NCBI GenBank assembly: GCA_021432655.1
Contig: MU271535.1
Coordinates: 1 to 48,553 of the forward strand
Source of the DNA: Atractiella rhizophila
Lineage: Eukaryota
Direction: 5' to 3'
Length of the DNA: 48,553 nt
Shown here in pieces: positions 13,678 through 24,492 of the stretch. Every line of letters begins with the position of its first letter. Position 1 is the first letter of the stretch. The notes below the pieces were generated by a model that had not been told where the DNA came from, did no database searches, and worked only from the letters and a program-made list of their open reading frames with translations. The position numbers and the translations under genes are program-made.

Positions 13678-14106
13678 TCACTGCATGAGTGGATACGCGT
13701 ACCAACAATGCTTGCGTGCCGATGATCCACAATACTTTCTGCATTTTCTGTGATTCCTCGCACATTGACACAAACCAACAATCCAGCCCATGGGGATGGC
13801 CCAAATCACCCACGCCCATGGATTTGGCTTGTGGCTGAATGGACATTGACGAGCGTGCACCATATCGGGTTCGCGACCGTCTGGTGTCATTGGAGAAAGC
13901 AAAGCATCCTCAGGTTTGTCGGGTGACAATTCCGACCATACGGAATCGTACGACGGAGGCGGAGCGTCCTCTCTCATGACTAAGGGAGAGGCTTGGGACA
14001 CTTTGGGAGCTACAATTTGAGCTACCACTCCAGTCGTTGGACGAACGGTGCAGCAATGATGGTGCTGTGAGGTGGTGTGGATTGGACTTTGGCGTGTGCG
14101 ACACAT
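13678..14106 (-). CDS. Small LITAF/BRI3-like Cys-rich membrane-associated protein
   Basis: PPSY (PY motif), CPFSH, hydrophobic WAWVIWAIPMGWIVGL, then CQC and KCRKYCG: the layout of LITAF/BRI3-type split zinc domains. Start and end uncertain. Confidence 0.4.
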   Translation of the reverse strand: MCRTRQSPIHTTSQHHHCCTVRPTTGVVAQIVAPKVSQASPLVMREDAPPPSYDSVWSELSPDKPEDALLSPMTPDGREPDMVHARQCPFSHKPNPWAWVIWAIPMGWIVGLCQCARNHRKCRKYCGSSARKHCWYAYPLMQ

Positions 14107-14636
14107 GACTTTTTCTCAGATTTCTCCTCCTCGTCTACTCGAGGTGGACTGAGTATATATCCTCCGGTTCTCGCGAAGGGGACAACCCACGGTTCGGCCA
14201 TACAAACCTGATCGAGGTTTGTTGACGCAAAAACGGGGAAGCGCGCGAAGTGGCAACAATGACGTGCGTAGATGATTTATATGCCACGTGCCTGCTATCT
14301 CTGCATTCAATTTGTCCGTATTTTATATTTATCGTCCATAAAGGTCGACCAATCGCTGGGTGAAATTGTGAGGGCATTGGAGATATGTGCGCTGCGTTGT
14401 TAAGCCGTGTTTATCGCCAGGACGTCGGACTTTGTTCATGTCAGTCTCCCAATCCCAGTTTCTTCCTTCACCAAGTTCCGCTGGAGCTTCCCTCTAACTC
14501 TCCCATTGAGGGCCATTAATTATGTTACAATTGCAGGTCTTCAAGGGATGGAGTCAAGAAGATGACATCGTTCTCATCTCCTTCCGTGCTGTGGTGCCAG
14601 TGGCTCGTTGTTAAATGGTGGTTAGGAGATAACAAC

Positions 14637-15647
14637 CTACGATTGAGAGCGCTCTCCTGCTGCCTTGCTCGTACGGTATGTTCGCTGCAAAGAATGATGA
14701 TTCACATTACATCCACGATGTGAGCAGAGTATTGCTGTGTTTGCATCGGTAGTTTGTTGGAAACTTGAAAACGAAATATGGTGCGACGTTCGGGATCGAT
14801 GCCCCAACTCGGATGCCAAGTTCATGGACTTATCCACAGAACAAAAACCCCCAGCTTCAGGTGTCGTTGCACATATATCATGGATATACACAATCAAGAA
14901 TAGATGGAGGTGCCAGACGAGAAAAAACATCCAGTGGTGAGATGTGACTGGCCCTGCTTGATGACGTGGAAATGAAGAATCGCCTATGACTTTTTTTGAA
15001 TTCTTCATGAGTGTCATATCGAAAATAGAGGGAGAAACAAGTCTCACGTCTTCAAATTCATACTCCCTGGCTCTCTTTAGAGCAGCGTCTACAATTTGTT
15101 TACTGAGAAAGTTTGAGGCAACCGCTTGTCGCAACAGCTCTTCTGTCCAGTTCTGACAATTATAATCGAGTCCAGTCCAATAGTCCAATCCTAATGCCGG
15201 CTCCAGAGGAGGTACTTCTGTAGTAAGTCGCATGAACTGCATTCTCTTCTCGGCATCCAAAAATCCCAATGAGATCGGGTAGGCATTAGCCAAAGATGTG
15301 TTAATTCCAGCTGCTTCAACGCCGAAACCCCAGTTGGTGAAATGGTTGTTGCCAGTCTCAGTTTGGATCTGACCCCGTCGCCAAATTGTGCCCTGTTGTT
15401 CATCTACTTGCAGTATCCATCCCACCGCCCAGTGTCTTCCTCGCTTCATCTCTGCGTCCGACTGCTCGGCTGTTTTATCCTTGCTAGGATGAACAATAAG
15501 AAAAATTTCGCGATTGTCTTGCGGCTCTAGCACATCTCTCGAAGCAGGCGGGAATGCAGGTCTGCCATCATCATTGAATCTCCCATTCTGTCTACTAGGC
15601 ACAAGATCGGGACTATTGTATTGAGCAGTATAAAACTTAGTTGTCAT
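14637..15647 (-). CDS. Hypothetical protein with HWA...NCQxW motifs (permuted papain-like/DUF6540-like)
   Basis: Long ORF with GRHWAVGW and DYNCQNWTEELL. The real C-terminus is probably spliced near 15048 (GTGAGA donor), so the last ~135 aa of the ORF may not be coding. Confidence 0.5.
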   Translation of the reverse strand: MTTKFYTAQYNSPDLVPSRQNGRFNDDGRPAFPPASRDVLEPQDNREIFLIVHPSKDKTAEQSDAEMKRGRHWAVGWILQVDEQQGTIWRRGQIQTETGNNHFTNWGFGVEAAGINTSLANAYPISLGFLDAEKRMQFMRLTTEVPPLEPALGLDYWTGLDYNCQNWTEELLRQAVASNFLSKQIVDAALKRAREYEFEDVRLVSPSIFDMTLMKNSKKVIGDSSFPRHQAGPVTSHHWMFFLVWHLHLFLIVYIHDICATTPEAGGFCSVDKSMNLASELGHRSRTSHHISFSSFQQTTDANTAILCSHRGCNVNHHSLQRTYRTSKAAGERSQS

Positions 15648-15897
15648 GATGGCTGTGAATGGACCAGAGTTAGAGTGAGTACATTGACCTCAAACAACAC
15701 ATAACAAGGAACGATGTGGCGGTGCAGCGGTTCCGGAAACAAATGGAGGATTGTAGGCAAGTCGCTGCGAACATTCCTTTCCTTTGAACTCTACGAGTCG
15801 GCTTTGCCAAGCATCTCGCGTTCGACTAGCTTCGACTGCGTCGAGTAACATCGTTGTGACAGGTTGTGATAGTGCCTGGCGTTTCGTAGCAACCAGT

Positions 15898-17610
15898 ATG
15901 CTTATGGATGAAAAGCATCATCATGACAGCCTTCCTCTTCCCAGCGAGCCGCCACAACCTAGACTCAGTCGTGCAAAGACTGCAAAAGCTTTAATGATGG
16001 CTCTTGCCTTCATTCTCGCCTCCTTCTTGATTATACCCACAAATTCTCATCCAGCAATGGCGCTTTCATCGTCGTTTTATACCCTCAATGACGGAGGATT
16101 TGACGCTACGATATTCCATAACCACGGAATGTACTCAGCACAGTTCCCAGTTGCATTGTATGGCATCCCTTTGACTTGCTCAATAGAGCAAGTACACATT
16201 GTGCGTTGGAATCCATTCTGTACGCACCAACTAAGAGCTTGCCAATCCAGCTATCCAGACACGGAGCGAGATTCCCAACCTCTGGGGCAAGTGAAGAAAT
16301 TGGAGTCGCATTGGACAACTTCGTACCACTAATATCCAACTCTTCAGATTCAAGGCTAGATTTCCTCAGGAGCTGGCAGTACACGTTGGGAATGGACCAA
16401 CTTATGCCTTTTGGAGCTCAACAGTATGGACATCGGTTTATTTTTTGGAAAGGGTCGCTCATTTATTGCAGGGCGAGGGATGCGGCTATTACTGTTTGGA
16501 GACGATATGACAAGCTTCTCCGGGAGGGAAAGACTTTCATTCGTGCTGCCGGAAAGGACAGAGTGATTGATACAGCCTATAACTTTACCGTGTGTCGTCC
16601 TTTCTTCTTTCCATTAGAAGTTAAGCTTCGACGCTGTCCAGGAATCACTTGCTTCCGCCTCAGGATATGCTGTTAATATTCCACTTTCAGACGTTCAAAT
16701 CATACCGGAGTGTGACGTGAGATTTCATATGCAGAATAATACCAGCTTATTCACCGTGAACGGACTAGACCTGTAATAATTCTCTCGACGCCTCCCCATG
16801 TCCTTCCTATTCCGATGAAACAGAGGAGTCTGCCCAAGCCGCCTTTCTCCGCTCGCGTCCTATGTTGGAGGTATATCATCGCGTGTTGAAGTTGACTGGA
16901 TCGAGCGACACCGGAAACTTCACTGTTGAAAATGTACCCAGTCTGATGTCAATCTGCGCGTTCGAGAGTTTATACCTCACTTCTTCGGGAGAGCGGGCGA
17001 TAGTGAGCGATTGGTGCGGTGTCTTTGAGAGGGAAGATTGGAAAGTGTATGAATACTACCTAGACCTTGGTGTGCGTCAATTCTCCCGTTGCTATAGAAC
17101 GCTTTCAACTATAGGTGATAGAAATATTACGGCCAATCATATGGGCATCCCATCGCAAACCTTCCAGGAGTAGGACACCTCGCTACTCTTGCTTCCCGCC
17201 TCACGTCCTCTCCTAAATATCATGATTCCGATTTCACGACGACGAACCACTCACTTCCGTTCCCTCTCGATGCCAACGTCTACATCGACTTCTCGCACGA
17301 CAATTCGATGCTCAACATCCTGACTGCCCTTGGTTTGAAACAACATGAAGCACTTTCGACATCCACCGTCCAGGAGGAGGCATTTAAAGTTTCAGAGATC
17401 GTCCCTTTCTATGGCACCCTGACCGTGGAGAAATTGAGTTGTCCGTCTGGTGAAAAGGCTAGGTTCTTAATCAATGACAAGGTGGAGGATTTGAGCTTTA
17501 TGTGCGGATTGGAGGGCAAGGCAGGTGTCTGCCCACTGGGTGACGTTGTTCATGCGCTTGAAGAACGTGTGAAGGAAGGTAATGAAAATTGGGGCAAATG
17601 TTTCTCGTAG
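15898..17610 (+). CDS. Histidine acid phosphatase / 3-phytase-like, N-terminal membrane anchor, multi-exon
   Basis: RHGxRxP motif (RHGARFPT), FIRAAGKDRVIDTAYNF, SLMSICAFES, catalytic HD (DFSHDNSM near 17290), IVPFYG and RFLIND. Confidence 0.92.
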
Positions 17611-17744
17611 TTCGCTTTATAGTAGAGAATTTCGTGATGCTCGTGATGGTGCTTAATGACAGGCGGTCGAATACTGCTTGGCTCACGCTCGCTGAATCTC
17701 TTTATCTGGGGAGGAAGAACTTCTCTGGAACGGAAGAGATGGGA

Positions 17745-17811
17745 TGCCTATGCTCTCATGTCGTGCCTTGAATAGCTTGCCTATGCTCTCATGTCGTGCC
17801 TTGAATAGCTT
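17745..17811. repeat. Perfect 33-bp tandem duplication in intergenic/3' UTR DNA
   Basis: tgcctatgctctcatgtcgtgccttgaatagct at 17745-17777 and again at 17778-17810. Confidence 0.95.
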
Positions 17812-18019
17812 AATACTTGCTTTTCCTGCCAGGTTGACTCTTCAGCTTGAACCCTTCATTTGTGTACATCCAAGCAAGTAAGTTGAGGTGATGGGCGGTC
17901 CGAATTGCAATCGGGTATGGCAATGCTAATGATAAAATACATAATGCATACAGTGGCCAGAATCATACTATTGTTGCGCGAATCAGCTCCTTTGGGGTAT
18001 GTCTGAATAGGAGGATAGA

Positions 18020-18809
18020 CTAACCAAGAAAGCTCTCTCCGCATCCGCACTGATCTTTAATATTAGGATCTAGCACACGTTGTCGTAACTATCATCTTCC
18101 ACAAAAAGGATAAATGGACTCACTTCTAAAAACGAATTTACTCATAAGCTCGTTCTCTTCCCAATCCATCTCGCTCCCAATGATACTGAATAAGGCTTTA
18201 GCGTCAATGAGCACCTTCACCCCGTCTTGGTTAACAACCTCGTCGAACTTGTCGCCTTTCTCGACATATTCAAGGTGGTACGACATGCCTGCGCAACCTT
18301 TGTTCCGCACGCTGATCCGAATGAGTTTCTCGGACTCTTGAAGATCCTTCAAATGCTCTACTGCTGTGGGAGTCTAATACACCATAAGACTTCACCACCA
18401 TGAACACTAAGAAGAATAGAGGACGAACCAGGTGTAGTGCCGCCTTTGCAGACTTGAAATTGAACCGTTTCTTTGGCTCTGGCGCTTTCTCCTTGCCCTT
18501 CTCCTGGCCAGGAACTGCTGCAGGTAGCGGCTGAACCTTTGCCTCTGTTGGTGGAGGTGCAGGCTCAACAACTGTCTTCCCGATCCGTGCAGACCCCTCG
18601 TTGATTCCTCCGAATTCTTGCCCACCAATATTCAGCCCTGGCCGGGAGTTTATGTCTATCCTAGGCCGTGAATAAGAGGAAGACTGAGGGACTGGGTTCA
18701 TTAGCTGTTGTCGAGACGAGTGCAATAACCGGCGGCAGGCAGGACAAAGCGGAGGCGCTGAGGGTAGGGGGGTCAGCAACCGTAGCATTGGAGTGGAGAT
18801 GCGCCACAT
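18020..18809 (-). CDS. ISA1: Mitochondrial iron-sulfur cluster assembly protein Isa1
   Basis: Basic presequence MWRISTPMLR; IRISVRNKGCAGMSYHLEY, DGVKVLIDAKALFSIIGSEMDW; last exon PNIKDQCGCGESF. Confidence 0.95.
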
Positions 18810-18945
18810 CTTGCTAAATTCTTGGTGAAGTGGTGGTCTGAATTCTGTGCTGACAACCCGTGGTTTTCTTGCGACCTGATTGGCTAAAGGGGTCTTCTTC
18901 TGCAACAATGCCCAAATCGTGACAGTCGCAAAGAACCACCAAAAA

Positions 18946-20291
18946 ATGTCGCTCGCAGTGGCAACACCTCCAGTTCCTCCGAAAGTCTCATGGGCAGACG
19001 ATGTCGCCGATCTCCCAGCGGTCGCGAATGTTCTGGGAGAAAGAACCGAAACATTTGATCCTGCGACGGGGATCAAGACCATTGTTGAATATCGAACAAA
19101 TGAGGAGGGCAAAAGGGTTAAGGTGGGCATTTTACTAATTCCTTCCATTGTCTATGGTAGATTTGTATGGGGTACACTCGGTAGTGGAACTAGTACCAAT
19201 AAATGTGTCGTTGTACTGAGCTCCAAGTTGACTCGTCAAGTCAATGCTACACGGTTGACTCCTTTTCCCCCTTGGTGTAGTCGTTATATAACCTCTGATT
19301 GCAAGACTGTTGGGAAATAACATATGTTCCTGTGGACATTTTGTCCATTTAACACAGCCGATTTACACCAGTGCTCTCCAATCGACTGCATTGTTTATCT
19401 TACCTAAGCTCAAGAACACTTTCACTCTCAATCGAAAACCTCAGTGCTAACCCAATCTATCCGCCAGGTAACCCGTCAAATCAAGCGTACATTAACCCGC
19501 ACTCTCGTCTCTCACGCCACCGCTTCCCGTCGAAAAGACCTTGCCAAGTTCGGGCTCGAAAAAGGGAAGCCACCAGGTCCAGATTCCTCCACCACGACTG
19601 TGGGCGAGAATGTGCGATTGGTTCTTCGACAGGGCGGACACAAGCCTGAACCTGCAGAAGACCCGATGGCGGCCATGAAGAAGGGACTGGCGCAGGCGAA
19701 GATTACATGTAGGACTTGTCAAGGTCCTCATTATACTACTCGATGCCCTTACAAGGATACATTGGGAGCTGTCTTGGGAACTGAAGGTGCGCGTTGACTC
19801 CTCCAATCCGTTAGTGAAAGCAACTTGCTGATTGAACGGCCTATAGATAATGATGACGGCGCGGAGAAACCAGCTGCCGCTACTCCAGCTGATACGAAGG
19901 GTGGCAAATACGTCCCTCCATCCATGCGTGGCGACAGAAAAGGTGCAGGAGAGTCTATGAATTCGCGGCGGGACGATCTTCCCACTCTGCGAGTCACGAA
20001 CCTTTCAGAAGATACGCGGGAGGCAGACGTATGGGACATCTTCACCCGTTTTGGCAAGGTTACCAGGGTCTTTATCGGAATGGATCAGGAAACAAATATG
20101 TGCAAAGGTTTTGCGTTTGTAACCTTTGAAGAAAGGAGGGATGCGGAAAAGGCTGTTGCTAAGGTGGATGGCATGCCATACGACCATCTGATCCTTAATT
20201 GTGGGTTTAGTGGTATGTTTTTTCATTATGCGACAAAGGGATCTACTAACGACGGCCTACTATAGCGCCGAGAGGGGAGAGGAAGGATTGA
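18946..20291 (+). CDS. TIF35: Translation initiation factor eIF3 subunit g
   Basis: SWAD, IVEYRTNEEGKRVK|VTRQIK, KFG, zinc knuckle CRTCQGPHYTTRCPYK, GKYVPPSMR, RRM (LRVTNLSED, KGFAFVTF, YDHLIL). First intron 19123-19467. Confidence 0.97.
19161..19421 (+). ncRNA. Candidate intron-hosted structured RNA (H/ACA-snoRNA-like) in eIF3g intron 1
   Basis: Five nested complementary segment pairs between 19217 and 19412, followed by AGAACA at 19413-19418; the intron is ~7x the local norm. No family assignment possible by eye. Confidence 0.45.
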
Positions 20292-20403
20292 ATAGACTTA
20301 TGATGTACGCTGCTGACAATGCACTGAGTTTCGAGGAAATACTCCACTTTATAATATCGACATCTTGAGAATGCAGTTCTAAGGAGATAGCGATAAATAC
20401 AGC

Positions 20404-22074
20404 TCATTGCCTGCTTTTTGTTACCAAAACAAACAGACAGGAATAAGATAACGTACCCTTTGAGATTGACATTGACATATCCGATACCCAAACAAGAAAG
20501 CTCGTATTCGAACATTGTCTTCATCTCCGACGTTGATTCCTTCTGTCGTGACCGCGAGCGAGAGACCATTTCGCTGAGTTCTTTATCTTCCATGTGCTCT
20601 TCCTGCTGGGACCGAAAACCTGTCTCTTCGTCGTAATCATCTTCAGATTCGTCTTGTTCGTCCATTAACACGCCAGGTCCAGTACTGTTGTCCGACATAT
20701 GATCGATATGATCCTCCTCTCCCTGATCTGAATCTTTTATGCCATCCCACCCAACCTCCTCGTCATCAGAAGCTTCATCAACCCCATTGTTCTGTCTCGC
20801 GATCACCACCGCTTTCTCCACCTTCTTGATCCTCATTTTCACCCCCCAGCAGTCCCTCACCCCTCGCAACACATCCACCATGGTCTGGTTCCAGGGGTCT
20901 ACCCCGATTCTCAAATGACCTACATCCCTCTCACCACTCAATACAAGTCCTAAAGCAGCCAACCACTCCGCTCCACCGTCCACACAACCACAGTTTGAAA
21001 TCTGCTTTAAGAGCTCGAGCGCGGCGATTGTGCCAAGGTCTTCGGGTGTTTGGGCAGGAGTGGAGGGGTGAGAGGAGCGCGAAGACGTATGAAGAGTGCC
21101 CGTGGTAGAGGTGCTGAGCAAGGTGATACCGTAACCCGGTGACCTATGGATTCGTGGTTACTTGTCTTAGTTGAGAGTAAGGGAAAGAATAAGTGGGTGA
21201 ATACGAACAATCCCGCTGAAGCCCCTTTCATGCTGTCAGTGTAAATGTAGACGTCTGGGATATATCGGTTGAGTACTCCTCGTGCTGCGTTAACGAGTCG
21301 GGTAGCGAATGCAGGGGAGGTGCGTGTTGTGTGCCTGGTGATCTTAGCCATTTTGTGGAATGTAGAATGGAAAGGCTCACGCGATGCCACGAATCTTGGA
21401 CACACGCCCGCTAGCAATTATCGACACACCAGAGAGGTATTTTCGTACGCAGGGACAGGAGAAATATACTTCTCCACCTCCCAAGGGAAGATGACCACGC
21501 TTTTCAATCTACTTCTCTGGTAAGTTGATTTTCAGTTTAAAATATGAGACAGACCTTTAGTTCGAGAGCAGGACGAGACTCGTGAGGAAGAAAGAGTGCA
21601 AGAGTTGGAAGAAGAGAGAGCCGTAGAACATCAACCTTTGCTTTATCCCTTCAGTCCAAAACGTATTCGAAATAAGAATATAAAACGGCGTACAGACGGT
21701 CCATAAGGATCTGTTGTCACTCCCTTCAGAACAAGTTTCAGAGGTCGTTTGCCGAGCGCGGCGATAGCGATAATAGGTTCTAGGAACCACCCGACGCTCC
21801 TTTCAACGCAATCGTGCTCTACGGGATCCTGAGGGGGGTTGAGGCGGCCAGGAATGAAAAGGATTTCGGTACCCGTGAGGGAAATTGTAACTTTTGTTCC
21901 CAAAGTTATTTTTGAGAGTAAACGGATAAATGATAGCTCGTAAGGTGTGAGCCCCGGAGGAGAACTGAGTGGTCGAATGGAAGTTATACGAAGTGGTCGA
22001 GACGATAATAATGAGAGGATGAGCCGATGTCGCAGTGAACGCGAACCTTTGTACTGCAGCTGTTGCGTGGACAT
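20404..22074 (-). CDS. RCL1: RNA 3'-terminal phosphate cyclase-like 18S processing factor Rcl1
   Basis: LRHRLILSLLSSRPLRITSIR, PGLTPYELSFIRLL, ISLTGT, RSVGWFLEP, RGVLNRYIPDVYI, PEDLG, GCVD, LSCLGIGYVNVN; last intron yields NLKGQ*. Confidence 0.94.
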
Positions 22075-22691
22075 TCCTGTTGTGTACTTTGTCACGTCTT
22101 TTTGCTAGATGTCAATTTACAAGCAACACTCACTGATAGGTGTGTACTTTTCTTTCTCACAACTTTTTTGTTTGGCTTTATTTGGGACGCAAAAGCCACT
22201 GCAGCCAGACGTTGACTCATTGACTGAATGAACGAAACAGAATAAAAAGCATGTGTGAATCTGCGCGAATGGTATTTTCAAACGTCGTGGTGGTAAAGCA
22301 AAGCTCTAAGACGCTGATCGATCACGACACCTTCAAGTTCACGCTCCTGTAGACTCGTCACTATCAAAGTGTCACCACGAAACTTTGACCCAGTATATTT
22401 GATTGCGTGGACGGATTTATATATTCTCGGAGAGTACCTTTCAACGTTCAACTTCAACTTTGAACCCCCTAGTCTCAACTCAAGATGCACTTGAACACAA
22501 TAAGTGATTATAGACATTTCCACTGCTGCGCGGACGCAACACTCAATCCAAATTGGCACGACGATTGAGAGCAGATTGAGCATCCACTAAACTTATCGCT
22601 CCGTTCCTTTTCATCGCTGTTCGGGGTACCAATCAAGCACGGTGCCTTCAGACTTTCCACGGTCTAACCAGCTTTCAGCACGAAAGTCTAA

Positions 22692-24036
22692 TTAATAAAG
22701 GGTAAGTTGAGACTTGCCATCAAAGAGCAGGGACACGCCACGGTTCACACAAAGTTCTTCTACAGTTTTACCTGATGGTCCCATGCTGCTCTGAAAAATG
22801 GGCCGAGTAATGGCCAGGTTGTGCCATGTCTGGAATCTCAGCTGCTCGAGTTTAGGTTTTTGTTGAGTTTCCAGCCAGTAGCAGAACTGTTCGCCCTCCC
22901 GGACGATAGAGTCGAAATAGTAGTGTTGGTGTATTTGATGCCTTTGGGGCAGGGCGAGGGCAAATACAAGCAGCAGAGAGGGTAGACTCTGCGGAACGAA
23001 AAGTAGCCGTAAAGCCTTCAGATTAATACATTGACACAGATAGGAACTAATTTCATTTCGTACTGTATCATTGATCTCGTCATCGGCCTCCAAGTCCATA
23101 ACTGTCAGACAATGTGTCATTGTTGTTCGAATGAAAGAGAGATGCGACTCTTCGAAAGAACGGTTGCTGTAGGCTTTATTGAGCCTTACATGCTGAACCG
23201 CTGGGTTAAATAGTGAGAGGGACAGCTGCTCGCCACAGAAACCGTGAAAGTGAGAAACCGCGTCGACAAAGGCATTCGTCAGAGATAAATAACGAAGAGC
23301 ATAAAGTTTTGTCAGCCATCCTTCGTCAAGCTTCGACGTCCATTCGTCTGCAAATGTAACTTCCTCCTCAGAAATAAAAGGAGGGTTATACTCGAGGCTC
23401 AACGAGGAAAGGTCGTTTGTTGAGTCCAAAACGTGAAAAAGGATCCCAGCGCAGTCAACGTCGGGTGACCAACCGATGAAACTGAACTCGCGGAGGCTCG
23501 GTGCATTTCTGAGCCCCATACAGAGATTGTCGAGATCAACAGCGGAAATGTCCACATTACTTCTTTCTGCGATCTTTAGTGATGTCAACAAAGGAACGGA
23601 TCGAAGTAGGACAGCTAGGTGAAGTAAGTCTAAACTTGCGGTGTCCGGGAACAACTTGACGCCCAAAGTACGTATAGAGGTCCTGGCAACAAGTGAGCAG
23701 CCCACAAGGTGGGGCAACCATATCCGAGTAAGGTGGTCATCCTTGATAATTGGGGGATGCCGGTAAAACGAACTTAAAGTCTGGCCAGATTCGTCAATGC
23801 TGAACATGAGCAACGGAAAGCCTCACGACTTCATGCAGACGACGAGACAGGGTGAGGAACCAGAATACATTGTTTCTTGATTCGGCGGCAAGTTTGTCAA
23901 AAATGATCCCAAGGATTTCGTTAGGTAAGCGCTCCAATGGGGACAAGACTGATTGCGTGCAGGTTTCGTAATTGTTGCTGACAGGAATGAGCATCGAGCC
24001 TGTCTCTAATATCACACTCACGGTGATATCCGCCAT
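22692..24036 (-). CDS. F-box protein with LRR-like C-terminal region
   Basis: F-box signature LERLPNEILGIIFDKL; a ~46-nt GTGAGG...CAG intron joins it to the 22692-23813 ORF with LxxLxL repeats. Extra 5' exon(s) up to ~24336 are possible. Confidence 0.75.
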
Positions 24037-24492
24037 GATTCTTCCGAAGTCCTCATTTCCTGATGGAGAGCAACCAAAGATTTTTCATAGAGGCCTTTTC
24101 GGACGAGCCTGAAACATCTGTCAGAGTCTATACGACTGAAAATCTGAAGAGGGCTACGGTGCATCTATGAATTCGAAGCCCAAGAAGGTCGAGATCAAAC
24201 GTCGAATCTCCCATAAGATGTGGCGTACTTGAGCACTTTCGTCATCAATACTGAAGAGGGCTTCGCAGTGATATTTAATCCACACATTTTCAAAATCACT
24301 CAGAGCTCTTTCCAATATGCTCCCGCTCATGCTCATGGTGTGTGGGACATTCCGATGTGACTATCCGTATTGCAGAGCCCGTAGTACCAAGGTTATGATC
24401 GAAGCTTCTCGAAAGTTGTGTCGCATTCGCTAAAATGAGAAAGAGCAGCACGAGCAAGTGCGACCATTTAGAAAGCAGCACACTTAAGCAGC

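Noticed and set aside
18270..19148. 292-aa ORF overlapping eIF3g antisense
   Set aside because: Its 3' part is ISA1 exon 1 starting at 18809; the upstream part is an open antisense frame starting at a non-ATG codon.
19323..19360. atgttcctg resembling the snR30/U17 m1 motif
   Set aside because: Two mismatches, and no AAACCAU m2 motif was found.
22278..22583. 101-aa ORF between RCL1 and the F-box gene
   Set aside because: No recognisable motif or convincing exon structure.
23790..23830. Apparent frameshift between the two F-box ORFs
   Set aside because: Explained by a ~46-nt GTGAGG...CAG intron.
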